A stretch of DNA of 64,000 bases from an uncultured Candidatus Saccharibacteria bacterium (lineage in GTDB: Bacteria > Patescibacteriota > Minisyncoccia > UBA6257 > Colwellbacteraceae): the NCBI GenBank assembly GCA_964559765.1, contig CAZLHU010000001.1, forward strand, positions 148,164 through 212,163, written 5' to 3'. This document shows positions 1 to 9,415 of the stretch, piece after piece; the first letter of the stretch is position 1, and each line of letters begins with the position of its first letter. The notes beneath the pieces were generated by a model. It was given only the letters and a program-made list of their open reading frames with translations. It was not told where the DNA came from and did not search any database. The position numbers and the translations under genes are program-made.

Positions 1-917
1 CCGCCTCAGTAGGGGGTAGTGTACTTAAAATATCCTTGGATTCAGAGAGTAATATAAATCCTTTCGACATACCAATCATCCCCGAGGACGAGGAGCCTGG
101 GGAGGTTCTTAAGTCGCACATAGTTAACCTAGCTGGACTCATCAAGCTTATGTTGGGGTCAGTCACGCCAGCTGAGGAATCTCTGATTGATAGGGCAATC
201 AGCGAAACATATGCCTCACGGGATATAACCCCAGACAAAGACTTCAGTAAGGCGACGCCCCCACTACTCGAGGACCTTGAAGCTGTGTTGAATGGAATTG
301 AGGGCGGCAAAGACATGGCCGACCGACTATACCGTTTCACTAAGGGGAGCTACGCCGGATTTACCAATAAACCCACAAATATAAATGTCGCCAATCGTCT
401 CATAGTCTTCTCAATACGAGACCTGGAGGATGAGTTGCGCCCGATAGCAATGTATATAATCCTCAATTATATATGGAATCTCGTCCGTGCCGAGCTTAAA
501 AAACGCATTTTAGTCATAGACGAGGCTTGGTGGATGATGAAATATCCAGACAGTGCGTCATTCTTGTTTAGTCTTGCCAAACGCGGACGTAAATATTATT
601 TGGGTATATCAACTATCACTCAGGATGTGGATGATTTCTTAAATTCTACCTATGGCAAGCCGATCATAACCAATTCATCTCTGCAATTACTACTTAAGGA
701 GGCTCCGGCCAGTATAGATAACACAGCTAAGGTCTTTAATCTGACCAATGTGGAGAAAAACTATTTAGTGGAGGCAGATATCGGTCAGGGGTTGTTTGTA
801 GCCGGATTAAAGCGCGCAGCTATACAGATAGTCCCATCTTCCTTTGAGAATGAGCTTATAACAACTAATCCCGAGGAGGTATTGGAGGAGAAGAAGGAAT
901 CTAAGGATAAACAATAA
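1..917 (+). CDS. VirB4/TrbE/TraC-like type IV secretion ATPase, C-terminal ~300 aa; the reading frame is open to the window edge, so the 5' part lies upstream
   Basis: Frame has no stop back to nt 3; the track's first start codon is TTG at 36. Walker B-like 'RILVIDEAWWMM' followed by 'RKYYLGISTITQDVDDF', the typical VirB4 C-terminal arrangement. Confidence 0.55.
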   Translation, partial: ASVGGSVLKISLDSESNINPFDIPIIPEDEEPGEVLKSHIVNLAGLIKLMLGSVTPAEESLIDRAISETYASRDITPDKDFSKATPPLLEDLEAVLNGIEGGKDMADRLYRFTKGSYAGFTNKPTNINVANRLIVFSIRDLEDELRPIAMYIILNYIWNLVRAELKKRILVIDEAWWMMKYPDSASFLFSLAKRGRKYYLGISTITQDVDDFLNSTYGKPIITNSSLQLLLKEAPASIDNTAKVFNLTNVEKNYLVEADIGQGLFVAGLKRAAIQIVPSSFENELITTNPEEVLEEKKESKDKQ

Positions 918-922
918 GTCTG

Positions 923-1414
923 ATGGCAGATAGTAAGAATAAAGTTGTTAAAAAACCAACTGGCGACGGACCAGCTAAACAAGAAAGTAGGGCGCCTCAA
1001 AGTGGCCAACCTGCGCCTGGTGGTCAAAAGAAATTCACAGCCCCCGAGATAGTCATATTAGTAATAATCGCTGTCCTAAATGACCTATTTACCGTCGCAT
1101 CCGATTTCTCACTAGCAATACCTATATTGGGAGAGATTGCCGTGTTTATGGCTGAAATAACCGACTTTATTATATTCGCGATAGTACTAATATGGTTCGC
1201 TTTTAAAGTCGGACTGTTCGGAGTAGCTGGGCTTACCCAAATGATAGGCGGGGTAACAGAGTTTATAGGCATACCCGGCCGGACCATATCGACTGTTGTT
1301 GGTATAATTGCGGTCAACAATCCGGCATTAAAGCGCGTAGCTACCATCGCTACCAACCCTGAGGGGGCAATAGCATCTGGAGCTACTGGGATTAAGGCCG
1401 CATCTAAGGTTTAG
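923..1414 (+). CDS. Hypothetical polytopic membrane protein with an Ala/Gly-rich tail, located in the T4SS-like context
   Basis: Strong RBS spacing after the upstream stop; several hydrophobic helices; no recognisable family. Confidence 0.45.
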   Translation: MADSKNKVVKKPTGDGPAKQESRAPQSGQPAPGGQKKFTAPEIVILVIIAVLNDLFTVASDFSLAIPILGEIAVFMAEITDFIIFAIVLIWFAFKVGLFGVAGLTQMIGGVTEFIGIPGRTISTVVGIIAVNNPALKRVATIATNPEGAIASGATGIKAASKV

Positions 1415-1446
1415 TTTTTATAATAATTTGGGTTATAATCTAATAA

Positions 1447-1704
1447 ATGAGTTGGGACGCCGTTACGACCGCATTAAATCTGGGATCCGCGAATAATATC
1501 CTGAACTGGGCTATTGGCATAGGCAGCGTTGTCGCTGTTGGAGTTATTGTTTATGGAGGAATACTTTATACGGCCTCAGCTGGAAAGCCTTCAATGCAGG
1601 AAGACGCCAAAGAATGGATAAAGTCCGCGATATACGGACTATTACTTCTCTTCGCTTCTTATTTGATATTGAATACGATAAATCCGGCGTTAGTCGGTCA
1701 CTAA
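1447..1704 (+). CDS. VirB2/TrbC-like pilin-like small membrane protein, paralog 1 of 4
   Basis: 85 aa with two hydrophobic helices separated by 'IVYGGILYTASAGKPSMQEDAKEW'. The same hairpin motif (YGG/F..TAGG.P, then a K/E-rich segment, then helix 2) occurs in the ORFs at 26405, 26770 and 27259. Confidence 0.5.
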   Translation: MSWDAVTTALNLGSANNILNWAIGIGSVVAVGVIVYGGILYTASAGKPSMQEDAKEWIKSAIYGLLLLFASYLILNTINPALVGH

Positions 1705-2127
1705 TTTAACTATAACGTAGCGGTCTTTGCCTTCACCCACACTCTCTGTTTTAACATCGGGCCGTGTTGCCAGCTCCGTATGAACCAATCTGCGTTCATA
1801 CGCATTCATGGTTGGCAGAGAAACCATCTCCTTGGATGCGACCGCTTTTCTCGCTGCCGCTTTAGCCAACTCTATAATCAAGTTCTCGCGCTCACGGCGG
1901 TAATTGTTTACGTCTATAAGAATAGGCTCCACGGACATTTGCTTAGTGAATAGCCTGCCTACCCGATTTAAGTTGATTACTAAATTTGGTACACGCTCCT
2001 GAGTTAGATAGGGGTCGTGAATTATTATAGAGACTATTTTATGTTCGAGATCTTGACCAAGTTCAAAATCCTCGAAGCCCATCAGGCTAACTAATTCTTT
2101 TAATCGGTTTATCAGTTCTTCCGTCAT
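1690..2127 (-). CDS. jag: Jag/KhpB RNA-binding protein (KH plus R3H domains)
   Basis: C-terminal R3H signature 'YERRLVHTELATRPDVKTESVGEGKDRYVIV'; conserved position downstream of yidC. Confidence 0.8.
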   Translation of the reverse strand: MTEELINRLKELVSLMGFEDFELGQDLEHKIVSIIIHDPYLTQERVPNLVINLNRVGRLFTKQMSVEPILIDVNNYRRERENLIIELAKAAARKAVASKEMVSLPTMNAYERRLVHTELATRPDVKTESVGEGKDRYVIVKLVTD

Positions 2128-2821
2128 GTTTCAGTCGATAGTTTACTATTAGTTGCTGGAATATGGAAAATGCGGCGAAAGTGCACCAGTAGACACCTAA
2201 CGCAGATGGACGACCCAGAAGGATTATTAATGTTATTATCGGACCTATCCAAGCCATATTCCTGACCATCTTTTCCGATTGGCCAGGAGTGACTCCCTTC
2301 TCGTGTTCCGGCAACGCCAGCCTTGCCATATAGTACTGCAACAGCGCCGCTATGATGATTATTACAATATTTGCTTTAGATAAGTCAATCCCGAACGAAA
2401 TCACGTTCAGCGCTATCGGATGCGGCACAAATGAATACAACAGGTTTATCGACGTCTTATAACTGAATATATCGCTCAACGATCCATATAAAGCCAGTAA
2501 AAGTGGTATCTGTATTATCAACGCGAGGAATGGAGTGAATGGGTTCACCTCGTGATCTTTATATAACTGCATCAGTGCCTTGGTCTGCTCCTCTCTATTA
2601 TCCTTGTGTCGCTGTTGGATCTGCTTTATCTCATTCTGAAGTTTTGGAGCAAGCTTCTGGAATCTGGCGGTCTGGTGGAAGAGCGGCCAAAGCAATAGAC
2701 GTATGACTACAGTAAGTAGGATTATCGCTATACCCATGTCGCGCAGAGCGGCAAACTGATAGATGATAATCAGCGCGTTGAAGATCGGGCGGTAAAGTAA
2801 TTGATTAAAAAAGTTGGCCAT
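2087..2821 (-). CDS. yidC: Membrane protein insertase YidC, short form
   Basis: Five-TM short YidC/Oxa1 architecture; conserved synteny rpmH-rnpA-yidC-jag. Confidence 0.85.
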   Translation of the reverse strand: MANFFNQLLYRPIFNALIIIYQFAALRDMGIAIILLTVVIRLLLWPLFHQTARFQKLAPKLQNEIKQIQQRHKDNREEQTKALMQLYKDHEVNPFTPFLALIIQIPLLLALYGSLSDIFSYKTSINLLYSFVPHPIALNVISFGIDLSKANIVIIIIAALLQYYMARLALPEHEKGVTPGQSEKMVRNMAWIGPIITLIILLGRPSALGVYWCTFAAFSIFQQLIVNYRLKHDGRTDKPIKRIS

Positions 2822-3131
2822 AAGTTTTCAGTTCTTTATTTAGATCATCCAGCTTGCTATCCAAGACCTTACTGCCGACGAGGACAACGAAATCTCTGCC
2901 GTTATTCGTCTTTTTCATAAAACCCGGGCTGCTTTGGAAAAAGGTCACGACCATCCTGCGCAAACTATTGCGTTGCGACGCTCCGCCGACAGATTTTCCA
3001 ATTATAACCCCGCCACGGTTATACGAGAGATTGTTGGTGGCGAGTTTCATGGCAAAATTTTTAGTCCTCGCTGCCGTCTTTGAGTTGCGAGGAAATGATT
3101 GAAGGGGGACGCGTAGATTTTTGGGAAGCAT
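2805..3131 (-). CDS. rnpA: RNase P protein component
   Basis: 'GGVIIGKSVGGASQRNSLRRMVV' matches the RnpA RNR motif (GxxVSKKxGxAVxRNRxKR). Start moved to the internal 'MLPKNLRV', which has the RnpA-like N-terminus. Confidence 0.8.
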   Translation of the reverse strand: MLPKNLRVPLQSFPRNSKTAARTKNFAMKLATNNLSYNRGGVIIGKSVGGASQRNSLRRMVVTFFQSSPGFMKKTNNGRDFVVLVGSKVLDSKLDDLNKELKTYGQLF

Positions 3132-3144
3132 AATCCCTTGTGGA

Positions 3145-3279
3145 TTAAACGGTGAGCTTCTTGCGTCCTTTTGCTCGGCGGCGTTTGATAACACTGCGTC
3201 CGCCGGTCGTCCGGCTACGCTTTATAAACCCGTGCGACCGAGCCCTTTTTCTCTTGCGCGGCTGATAAGTCACAGACAT
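3145..3279 (-). CDS. rpmH: 50S ribosomal protein L34 (not in the ORF track; below its size cutoff)
   Basis: Manual minus-strand translation gives [44 protein letters not shown], 44 aa, a canonical L34 sequence. Confidence 0.9.
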   Translation of the reverse strand: MSVTYQPRKRKRARSHGFIKRSRTTGGRSVIKRRRAKGRKKLTV

Positions 3280-3439
3280 GGCATGTATTATAAACTGCTC
3301 CAATCAATAAATCCATAACCACCACACCAATATGAGATATCAACACTTTATGCACAGGTTATAATCTTTCGGACTGGTTTGACGGGGTGGGTTTATTAAG
3401 TAAGATTAGGTCTAAAGGTACACGACGTACTTAATTACT

Positions 3440-4804
3440 ATGGGGGGTAAAGAAGAACTTTGGCAGGCGGTACTATCGGAAATCGAACTACAGATTTCTA
3501 AGCCCAATTTCGTAACTTGGCTTAAAAACAGCCGCCTTGTGGAGACCCAGGACGGTTCCGTGCTGGTCGCGCTCCCCAACCACTTCGCCAAAGAGTGGGT
3601 AGAAAGCAAATATCACAAACTCATCCTGGGAACGGTCCGTAACCATGACGGGTCCGTACGTAAAATAGACTATATAGTCGAGGGGGCCCTTATTAAGAGC
3701 AGCCCGAAGTCGCACTTCCAGAAGACCGAGACCGACGACAAGCAGTTGTCATTCCAGGAAATGAAGGTTGATCCTCAGACCAACCTCAATCCGCGCTACA
3801 CGCTCGGCTCGTTCGTGGTCGGGTCGTCAAACGAACTCGCCTATTCGGCGTCCACCGCCGTGGTGAATAGCGTCGGCACCAAATACAACCCGTTGTTCAT
3901 ATACGGCGGGGTTGGACTCGGCAAAACACATCTCATCCAGGCAATCGGCAACGAGATAATGGCGGTGCATGGCGGAAAGATAAAAGTTAAGTATGTCACT
4001 TCGGAGAAATTCACCAACGACGTCGTCTGGGCGCTGCGCAACAACCGGGCCGAGGATATTAAGAAGGCTTATCGCCCGGTAGACGTGTTGATCATAGACG
4101 ACATACAGTTCATCGGCGGCAAAGAGAAGACTGAGGAGGAGTTCTTCCACACATTCAACGCGTTGCACGAGCAGAACAAGCAGATAATCATCTCCTCAGA
4201 TAGGCCGCCCCAAGCCATACCTACCTTGGAAGAAAGGTTGCGCTCACGTTTTGGCGGTGGGATGGTTGCCGATATAAGCGCCCCGGATTACGAAACACGT
4301 GTCGCCATCATAAAAACCAAGCTTCAGGAGCGCGGTGCGGCCGTCGAGGACGAACTCGTGGATCTAATAGCCAAGCGGTTCCAGAGGAATATAAGGGAGA
4401 TAGAGGGGATATTGAATAAGGTTATATTCTATCAACTTAACTATCAAAGACCACTTAACTTGGCCGGCGTCGAGAAGATAATCAACGAAACCATCGAACA
4501 CTCCAAACCAAACGTCACTCCGGCGCAGATAATCAAGGCGGTCGCTTTGTTTTTCGAGATATCCCCAAACAATCTAGTCGGCAAAGGCAGGAGTAAGGAA
4601 TTTATAGAGCCTAGACAGATAACAATTTACCTAATGAGGGAGATGTTGAATATGTCCTATCCATATATCGCAAGTAAGATCGGCAACCGCGACCACACTA
4701 CGGCAATATATTCATACAAGAAGATTGCCGAGTCGCTAAATAAGGACCCATTATTAAGCAATAAACTCAGTATGATAAAAGAAGCTGTTAGTAAGGTGGT
4801 ATAA
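3440..4804 (+). CDS. dnaA: Chromosomal replication initiator DnaA
   Basis: AAA+ Walker A 'GGVGLGKTHL', 'LIIDDIQF', and a C-terminal DNA-binding domain 'IASKIGNRDHTTAIYS'. Confidence 0.95.
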   Translation: MGGKEELWQAVLSEIELQISKPNFVTWLKNSRLVETQDGSVLVALPNHFAKEWVESKYHKLILGTVRNHDGSVRKIDYIVEGALIKSSPKSHFQKTETDDKQLSFQEMKVDPQTNLNPRYTLGSFVVGSSNELAYSASTAVVNSVGTKYNPLFIYGGVGLGKTHLIQAIGNEIMAVHGGKIKVKYVTSEKFTNDVVWALRNNRAEDIKKAYRPVDVLIIDDIQFIGGKEKTEEEFFHTFNALHEQNKQIIISSDRPPQAIPTLEERLRSRFGGGMVADISAPDYETRVAIIKTKLQERGAAVEDELVDLIAKRFQRNIREIEGILNKVIFYQLNYQRPLNLAGVEKIINETIEHSKPNVTPAQIIKAVALFFEISPNNLVGKGRSKEFIEPRQITIYLMREMLNMSYPYIASKIGNRDHTTAIYSYKKIAESLNKDPLLSNKLSMIKEAVSKVV

Positions 4805-4995
4805 ATTGTCTATAATTTAAGTAAATTAATCCCGATCAAAAAGTTATAAACAAATACTGACCAATAATTGATAAGTTATTAAGACCCGATAAACACAAAT
4901 TAATTAATGACAGCCGATATAACTTGCACTTAATTCACAATTCACAGGACTCTACTACAACTACTAATTAATATATATAAATAACTATAGTAATA
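4805..4995. promoter_or_regulatory. Highly AT-rich dnaA-dnaN spacer; candidate DNA-unwinding element of oriC and dnaN promoter
   Basis: About 190 bp that is strongly AT-rich with A/T tracts. A TTATGCACA DnaA-box-like 9-mer (one mismatch) lies in the rpmH-dnaA spacer at about 3341-3349. Confidence 0.35.
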
Positions 4996-6105
4996 ATGAA
5001 ATTAATAATTCTTAAAAATAATTTAAAAAACGGATTAGATGCAGTTGGTCGGTCTATTGGGAATAATCTAAACCTACCCATACTCGGTAATGTTTTAATA
5101 AGGACTGAAAACAACCAAATAAGATTTTCCACCACAAATCTGGAGTTGGCGATAACTAAAACCATATACGGGAAAATAATCGAGGAGGGAACTATTACAG
5201 TCCCATATAACGTCTTATCGAATATAATTTCCAACCTGACAAGTGAAAGGGTTAATATCGACACCAAACAACAAAACCTTCAGATAAAAACCGACAGTTA
5301 TGAGGCTAATTTACAAAGTATGCCGGTTACTGAATTCCCCATAATACCAAAACTAAAAGAAACAAAAGAACAACTAAAATTAAACGCCACGGTTTTCAAA
5401 GAAGCCCTAAATCAAGTCATAGTGGCCGCCGGGATTTCCGACCTAAGGCCGGAAATAAGCGGGGTTCTATTGATTGGCGAGCAGTCTATTTTGAAATTAG
5501 TGGCTACCGACAGTTTCCGTTTGGCAGAGGCTAAAATAAACAAGAGCCAATTTACCAACACCTTCGTCGAGCAGGGGTTCAAGGTGATAATCCCATTAAA
5601 AACGACGCAGGAGCTGCTTAGGGTGATAAAGGACGACGAAGACTTAATTATCAAAATAGAAGGTGGACAGATCTTATTCCAAACCAATGAAACTGAGATA
5701 GTCTCCAGGTTGATTGATGGCAAGTTCCCCGACTATGAGGCGATTATACCCAAGGATATCGACACTGAGGTTTTGGTTGGGCGAGAGGAATTGATGGGAG
5801 CTATCAAACTCACCGGATCATTCACATCCAAAGTCAGCGAAGTCAGGATAAGGATAAAAGACAAGAAGATCTTGGAGATTTATTCCAACGACAGTTCGTT
5901 GGGCGAAAATAATTATATTATTCCCGCCAAAGTCACCGGAGAGAATATGGAATTAGCCTTTAATTGGCGATATCTATTAGACGGCGTAAAAACCCTTTCA
6001 GGAAAGCAGGTTAACCTCGGATTGAATGGCGGCAACAAAGCAGCTTTGATAAAATCCCCCGAAGACACCTCTTGTTTCTACATCCTTATGCCTATAAGGC
6101 AATAA
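4996..6105 (+). CDS. dnaN: DNA polymerase III beta sliding clamp
   Basis: Three-domain clamp starting 'MKLIILKNNL...'; located immediately after dnaA. Confidence 0.95.
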   Translation: MKLIILKNNLKNGLDAVGRSIGNNLNLPILGNVLIRTENNQIRFSTTNLELAITKTIYGKIIEEGTITVPYNVLSNIISNLTSERVNIDTKQQNLQIKTDSYEANLQSMPVTEFPIIPKLKETKEQLKLNATVFKEALNQVIVAAGISDLRPEISGVLLIGEQSILKLVATDSFRLAEAKINKSQFTNTFVEQGFKVIIPLKTTQELLRVIKDDEDLIIKIEGGQILFQTNETEIVSRLIDGKFPDYEAIIPKDIDTEVLVGREELMGAIKLTGSFTSKVSEVRIRIKDKKILEIYSNDSSLGENNYIIPAKVTGENMELAFNWRYLLDGVKTLSGKQVNLGLNGGNKAALIKSPEDTSCFYILMPIRQ

Positions 6106-6113
6106 GGATGTTG

Positions 6114-8525
6114 TTATTTCTGGAATAGAATAAATTGTTCGGTGGTCTGAGCTCCGCTGGAGTCGGTGACTCTTATCACTAACATATTCTGAAGGTTTAT
6201 CCCTTGGGGCGTCAGCGTCGAGTTGTATGTATAATTTGTCCCAAGATCCCCAACCTTACTATCTATGAGGTTGCTATTTAGATAAACCTCCACCTTGCTT
6301 ATATGGAGGGTGCTTGTTATGACTGAGTTTATGTTTATTTGATTGCTTATGAAATCACCATTACTTGGTGAGGTGGTTTGTATTTGAATTGTGCTGTTGG
6401 GAGTTGAGGTGCTGTTGTTGTTGCTACTCGCTGAATAAGTTACTGGCGTAGACGATGAGACCACTGTGAAATTACTTGGATTAAAGGTGTTGTTTTCCAA
6501 CCAAGAACCGACCGCCGTCTCCCAATTTACGTATTCGGGGTCGTTGACCCTACCTAGATAATATAAGATCGAGTGTTGTTGACCGGCTATTAGCTGCCCT
6601 TTGAGGATCGGATTCGTCTCGTATATTGGGGCGGGTTTATTGAACGTCAACAGAGGATAGTTCTGCAGGGCGGCTGTCATAAATTCATGCCACATTGGTA
6701 CAGCTGCCAATATGCTGCTGCCTTGGCTTGTTAGGGGTGTGTTGTCATTATTCCCAGCCCAAACTAATCCGACGAAGTTGGGGGTATATCCAACAGCCCA
6801 CGCATCGACATAATTGTTTGTTGTTCCTGTTTTGAGGGCGACTTGGTGTCCTTGGACTTCGGTTAAGGATAAGCTTTGTCCAAATAGTGGGGCGCGTAAG
6901 GATGGATCGGCTAGTATATTGTTTATTAATCTAGGATATTGCGGGTCCACTACTTGGGATGATTGATCTGCATATTGATATAAGACATTTCCATTACTAT
7001 CAGTCACTTTCAATATAGGCGCCAGCGTGTGTTTCACGCCCTCTGTGGCCAGAACCCCATAGGCTTGGGCTAACTCTATGGGTTTGACGTCTGCGCCCCC
7101 CAGAACAAGAGATAGGCCAACCTGTGCTGGGTCGGTTATAGTCGATATCCCAAAGCTTTCCAGGTTTGGGATCACATTATTCAATCCGGCTAGATACAAG
7201 ACTTGTACCGCGGGCACGTTAACGGATTGGGCTAGGGCTTGTGCTAGAGTCATTGGACCCGTGAACGTCCCTTCGAAGTTCACTGGGTGGTAACAAGCTT
7301 TGTTTATATTGTTGAAGTTGACCACCGCCGGGCAAGAAGGATTGTTCGTAGTGAACTCAGTGGGCACATTCCACACTATTGTGTCTGGGGTTAGGCCTTG
7401 TTGGAACGCTGTAAGGTATACAAAGGGTTTGATTGACGACCCAGGCTGTCTCAACCCCTGGGTGATGACATTAAACTGGCCGTCATTTGAATTATCGAAA
7501 TAATCAGCCGATCCGACCATAGCAAGAATCTGCCCGGTTGTTGGGTCTAAAGCCACTAGGGCTGCGTTGCGTGCGCCATAAAGCGCAGTGTTCCTAGCGA
7601 CTCCATCCGACACAGCCTTCTCGGCGTCAGTTTGAATATTCATATCCAAAGAGGTTATTACAGTTAATCCCCCTTGGGATAGTAAGCTGTCGCCGTATTC
7701 TTGAGCCAGGTAATCCTCGACGTATGTGACGAAGTGGGGTGCGTGTATCCCTTGAGCTGATTCTGGAAGAACCACTGGGTAATTAGCCTCAGCGTAGGTC
7801 AGCTGCGCTTCGGTTATATCCCCGCTGCTGTACATAGCCTGCAGTACAGATTTCCATCTGGTCTTCAGGTCAGACACATGAGCTCCCCAAGGGGAATAGT
7901 ATGTCGGTGCCTGGGGTATCGCAGCTAGTAGTGATGCTTGTTCGAGGGTTAGGCTGCTTGCTGGTACGCCGAAATACAGTTCTGAGGCGGCCTCTATGCC
8001 ATACGCTCCTTGTCCGTAGGGGATCTGGTTTAAATATAGGGTTAGGATTTGGTCTTTAGAATAATTACGCTCGATCTGCCAAGCGAGTATCAACTCCTGT
8101 ATTTTTCTATTCAGGGTTTTTTGTGAAGTTAGGAGAACGTTCTTAACTAATTGTTGGGTAATAGTCGAGCCGCCTTGGTTGAAATGTAGGGTGGTCACGT
8201 CGGCAAATAACGCCCTCAGTATTCCGCGCCAATCAAATACAGGACTGGTATAAAAGTTATTATCCTCTATAGCGACAGTCGCCTGCTTTATGACGTCCGG
8301 AATCTGTTCAGATGGTATAGATGTCCTATTCTCGTCGCCGTGTATCTCGTATAAGAGAATCGTCCCGGTGCGATCGTATATCTTGGTGGATTGAGCCACC
8401 TGAATGTCGCTTATATTGCTTATCTTAGGCAGAGTCACATATAAGTAGCCAACATAAATAATCCCTCCTACAACCAGGACGGACAGAGTTATGACTATCC
8501 ATTGCCAAGCCTTTAATTTAGACAC
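6114..8525 (-). CDS. mrcA: Class A penicillin-binding protein 1A (glycosyltransferase plus transpeptidase) with an Asn/Ser/Thr-rich C-terminal extension
   Basis: GT51 motifs 'ATVAIEDNNFY' and 'GGSTITQQLVKN'; transpeptidase 'PGSSIKP' (SxxK); N-terminal TM anchor. Confidence 0.9.
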   Translation of the reverse strand: MSKLKAWQWIVITLSVLVVGGIIYVGYLYVTLPKISNISDIQVAQSTKIYDRTGTILLYEIHGDENRTSIPSEQIPDVIKQATVAIEDNNFYTSPVFDWRGILRALFADVTTLHFNQGGSTITQQLVKNVLLTSQKTLNRKIQELILAWQIERNYSKDQILTLYLNQIPYGQGAYGIEAASELYFGVPASSLTLEQASLLAAIPQAPTYYSPWGAHVSDLKTRWKSVLQAMYSSGDITEAQLTYAEANYPVVLPESAQGIHAPHFVTYVEDYLAQEYGDSLLSQGGLTVITSLDMNIQTDAEKAVSDGVARNTALYGARNAALVALDPTTGQILAMVGSADYFDNSNDGQFNVITQGLRQPGSSIKPFVYLTAFQQGLTPDTIVWNVPTEFTTNNPSCPAVVNFNNINKACYHPVNFEGTFTGPMTLAQALAQSVNVPAVQVLYLAGLNNVIPNLESFGISTITDPAQVGLSLVLGGADVKPIELAQAYGVLATEGVKHTLAPILKVTDSNGNVLYQYADQSSQVVDPQYPRLINNILADPSLRAPLFGQSLSLTEVQGHQVALKTGTTNNYVDAWAVGYTPNFVGLVWAGNNDNTPLTSQGSSILAAVPMWHEFMTAALQNYPLLTFNKPAPIYETNPILKGQLIAGQQHSILYYLGRVNDPEYVNWETAVGSWLENNTFNPSNFTVVSSSTPVTYSASSNNNSTSTPNSTIQIQTTSPSNGDFISNQININSVITSTLHISKVEVYLNSNLIDSKVGDLGTNYTYNSTLTPQGINLQNMLVIRVTDSSGAQTTEQFILFQK

Positions 8526-8619
8526 TTTAATCTTCGTTATTAATTATAAGCTTACCTAAAACTAAAATCACCCCGCTATATATTGATGTGCGGGGTGATT
8601 AACTTGAGTTGATGTCTAT

Positions 8620-8841
8620 TTAGTAGTCGTTGGAGTCGTCGTCATCGTCCTCTTCATCCTCTTCATCCGCTAGGTCATCCAAATCTTCCAGATCCTCCTC
8701 ATCCTCCTCGCCTAGTCCCTTTTCCTTCTTATTTTTATCAAGGTCTCCCTCCTCTTCCTCTTCTTCAAAGACCATGACCGGACCATAGATGGAGCTTTCC
8801 TCTCCTACAACTCCCAATCGTGTAGATATATTTGGCATCAA
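8620..8841 (-). CDS. Small, extremely acidic protein (C-terminal half is D/E runs)
   Basis: ORF with codon-level periodicity in the GAN/GAG runs; function unknown; could be spurious. Confidence 0.3.
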   Translation of the reverse strand: MMPNISTRLGVVGEESSIYGPVMVFEEEEEEGDLDKNKKEKGLGEEDEEDLEDLDDLADEEDEEDDDDDSNDY

Positions 8842-8929
8842 TTACTTTAAATTTTCCGACCTTTATTATCGATTAAATTAGTACAAACCTTAAAATAACG
8901 CGAGTAGTATATAAAACTTAGGATTCTTG

Positions 8930-9415
8930 TCAACCTCTCTGGTCGAGCGCTTTAACGGTAAATGATCCACAGAGCGCAAGGGCTAGGGCATCTGTAGCAT
9001 CGTCCAGGATTTTAACACCATTAGGCAACTTTATAGTTACGCCCACAGCGCGCTCGATGCTTTTTTTATCACTCCTACCCCACCCAGAAACCAACGACTT
9101 AACTTGGTTCGGAGTAAACTCGATTATTTTAATTTTCTTCTGGGTTAGGGTCAGTAAGATCACCCCTCTTGCCTCGGCCACAGATAAGGCAGTCTTCTTG
9201 TTTGTGGAGAAATACAGCCGTTCGACGACCGCGTACTCCGGCTTGTAGCGGATGATGAGCTTGCTCAATTCATCGGATATGAATTTAAGTCTCAACCCAC
9301 TATCCGACGTTCTGGGTTCAAATGCGCCGCAGTCGACATATTGGAGGGATGGCTTAGTCTCAATTACTCCATATCCTAAGCGGGCTGTTCCTGGGTCAAT
9401 GCCCAATATCTTCAT
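8930..9415 (-). CDS. ruvC: Holliday junction resolvase RuvC
   Basis: 'MKILGIDPGTARLGYGVIE' with the catalytic D7, and RuvC length. Confidence 0.9.
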   Translation of the reverse strand: MKILGIDPGTARLGYGVIETKPSLQYVDCGAFEPRTSDSGLRLKFISDELSKLIIRYKPEYAVVERLYFSTNKKTALSVAEARGVILLTLTQKKIKIIEFTPNQVKSLVSGWGRSDKKSIERAVGVTIKLPNGVKILDDATDALALALCGSFTVKALDQRG

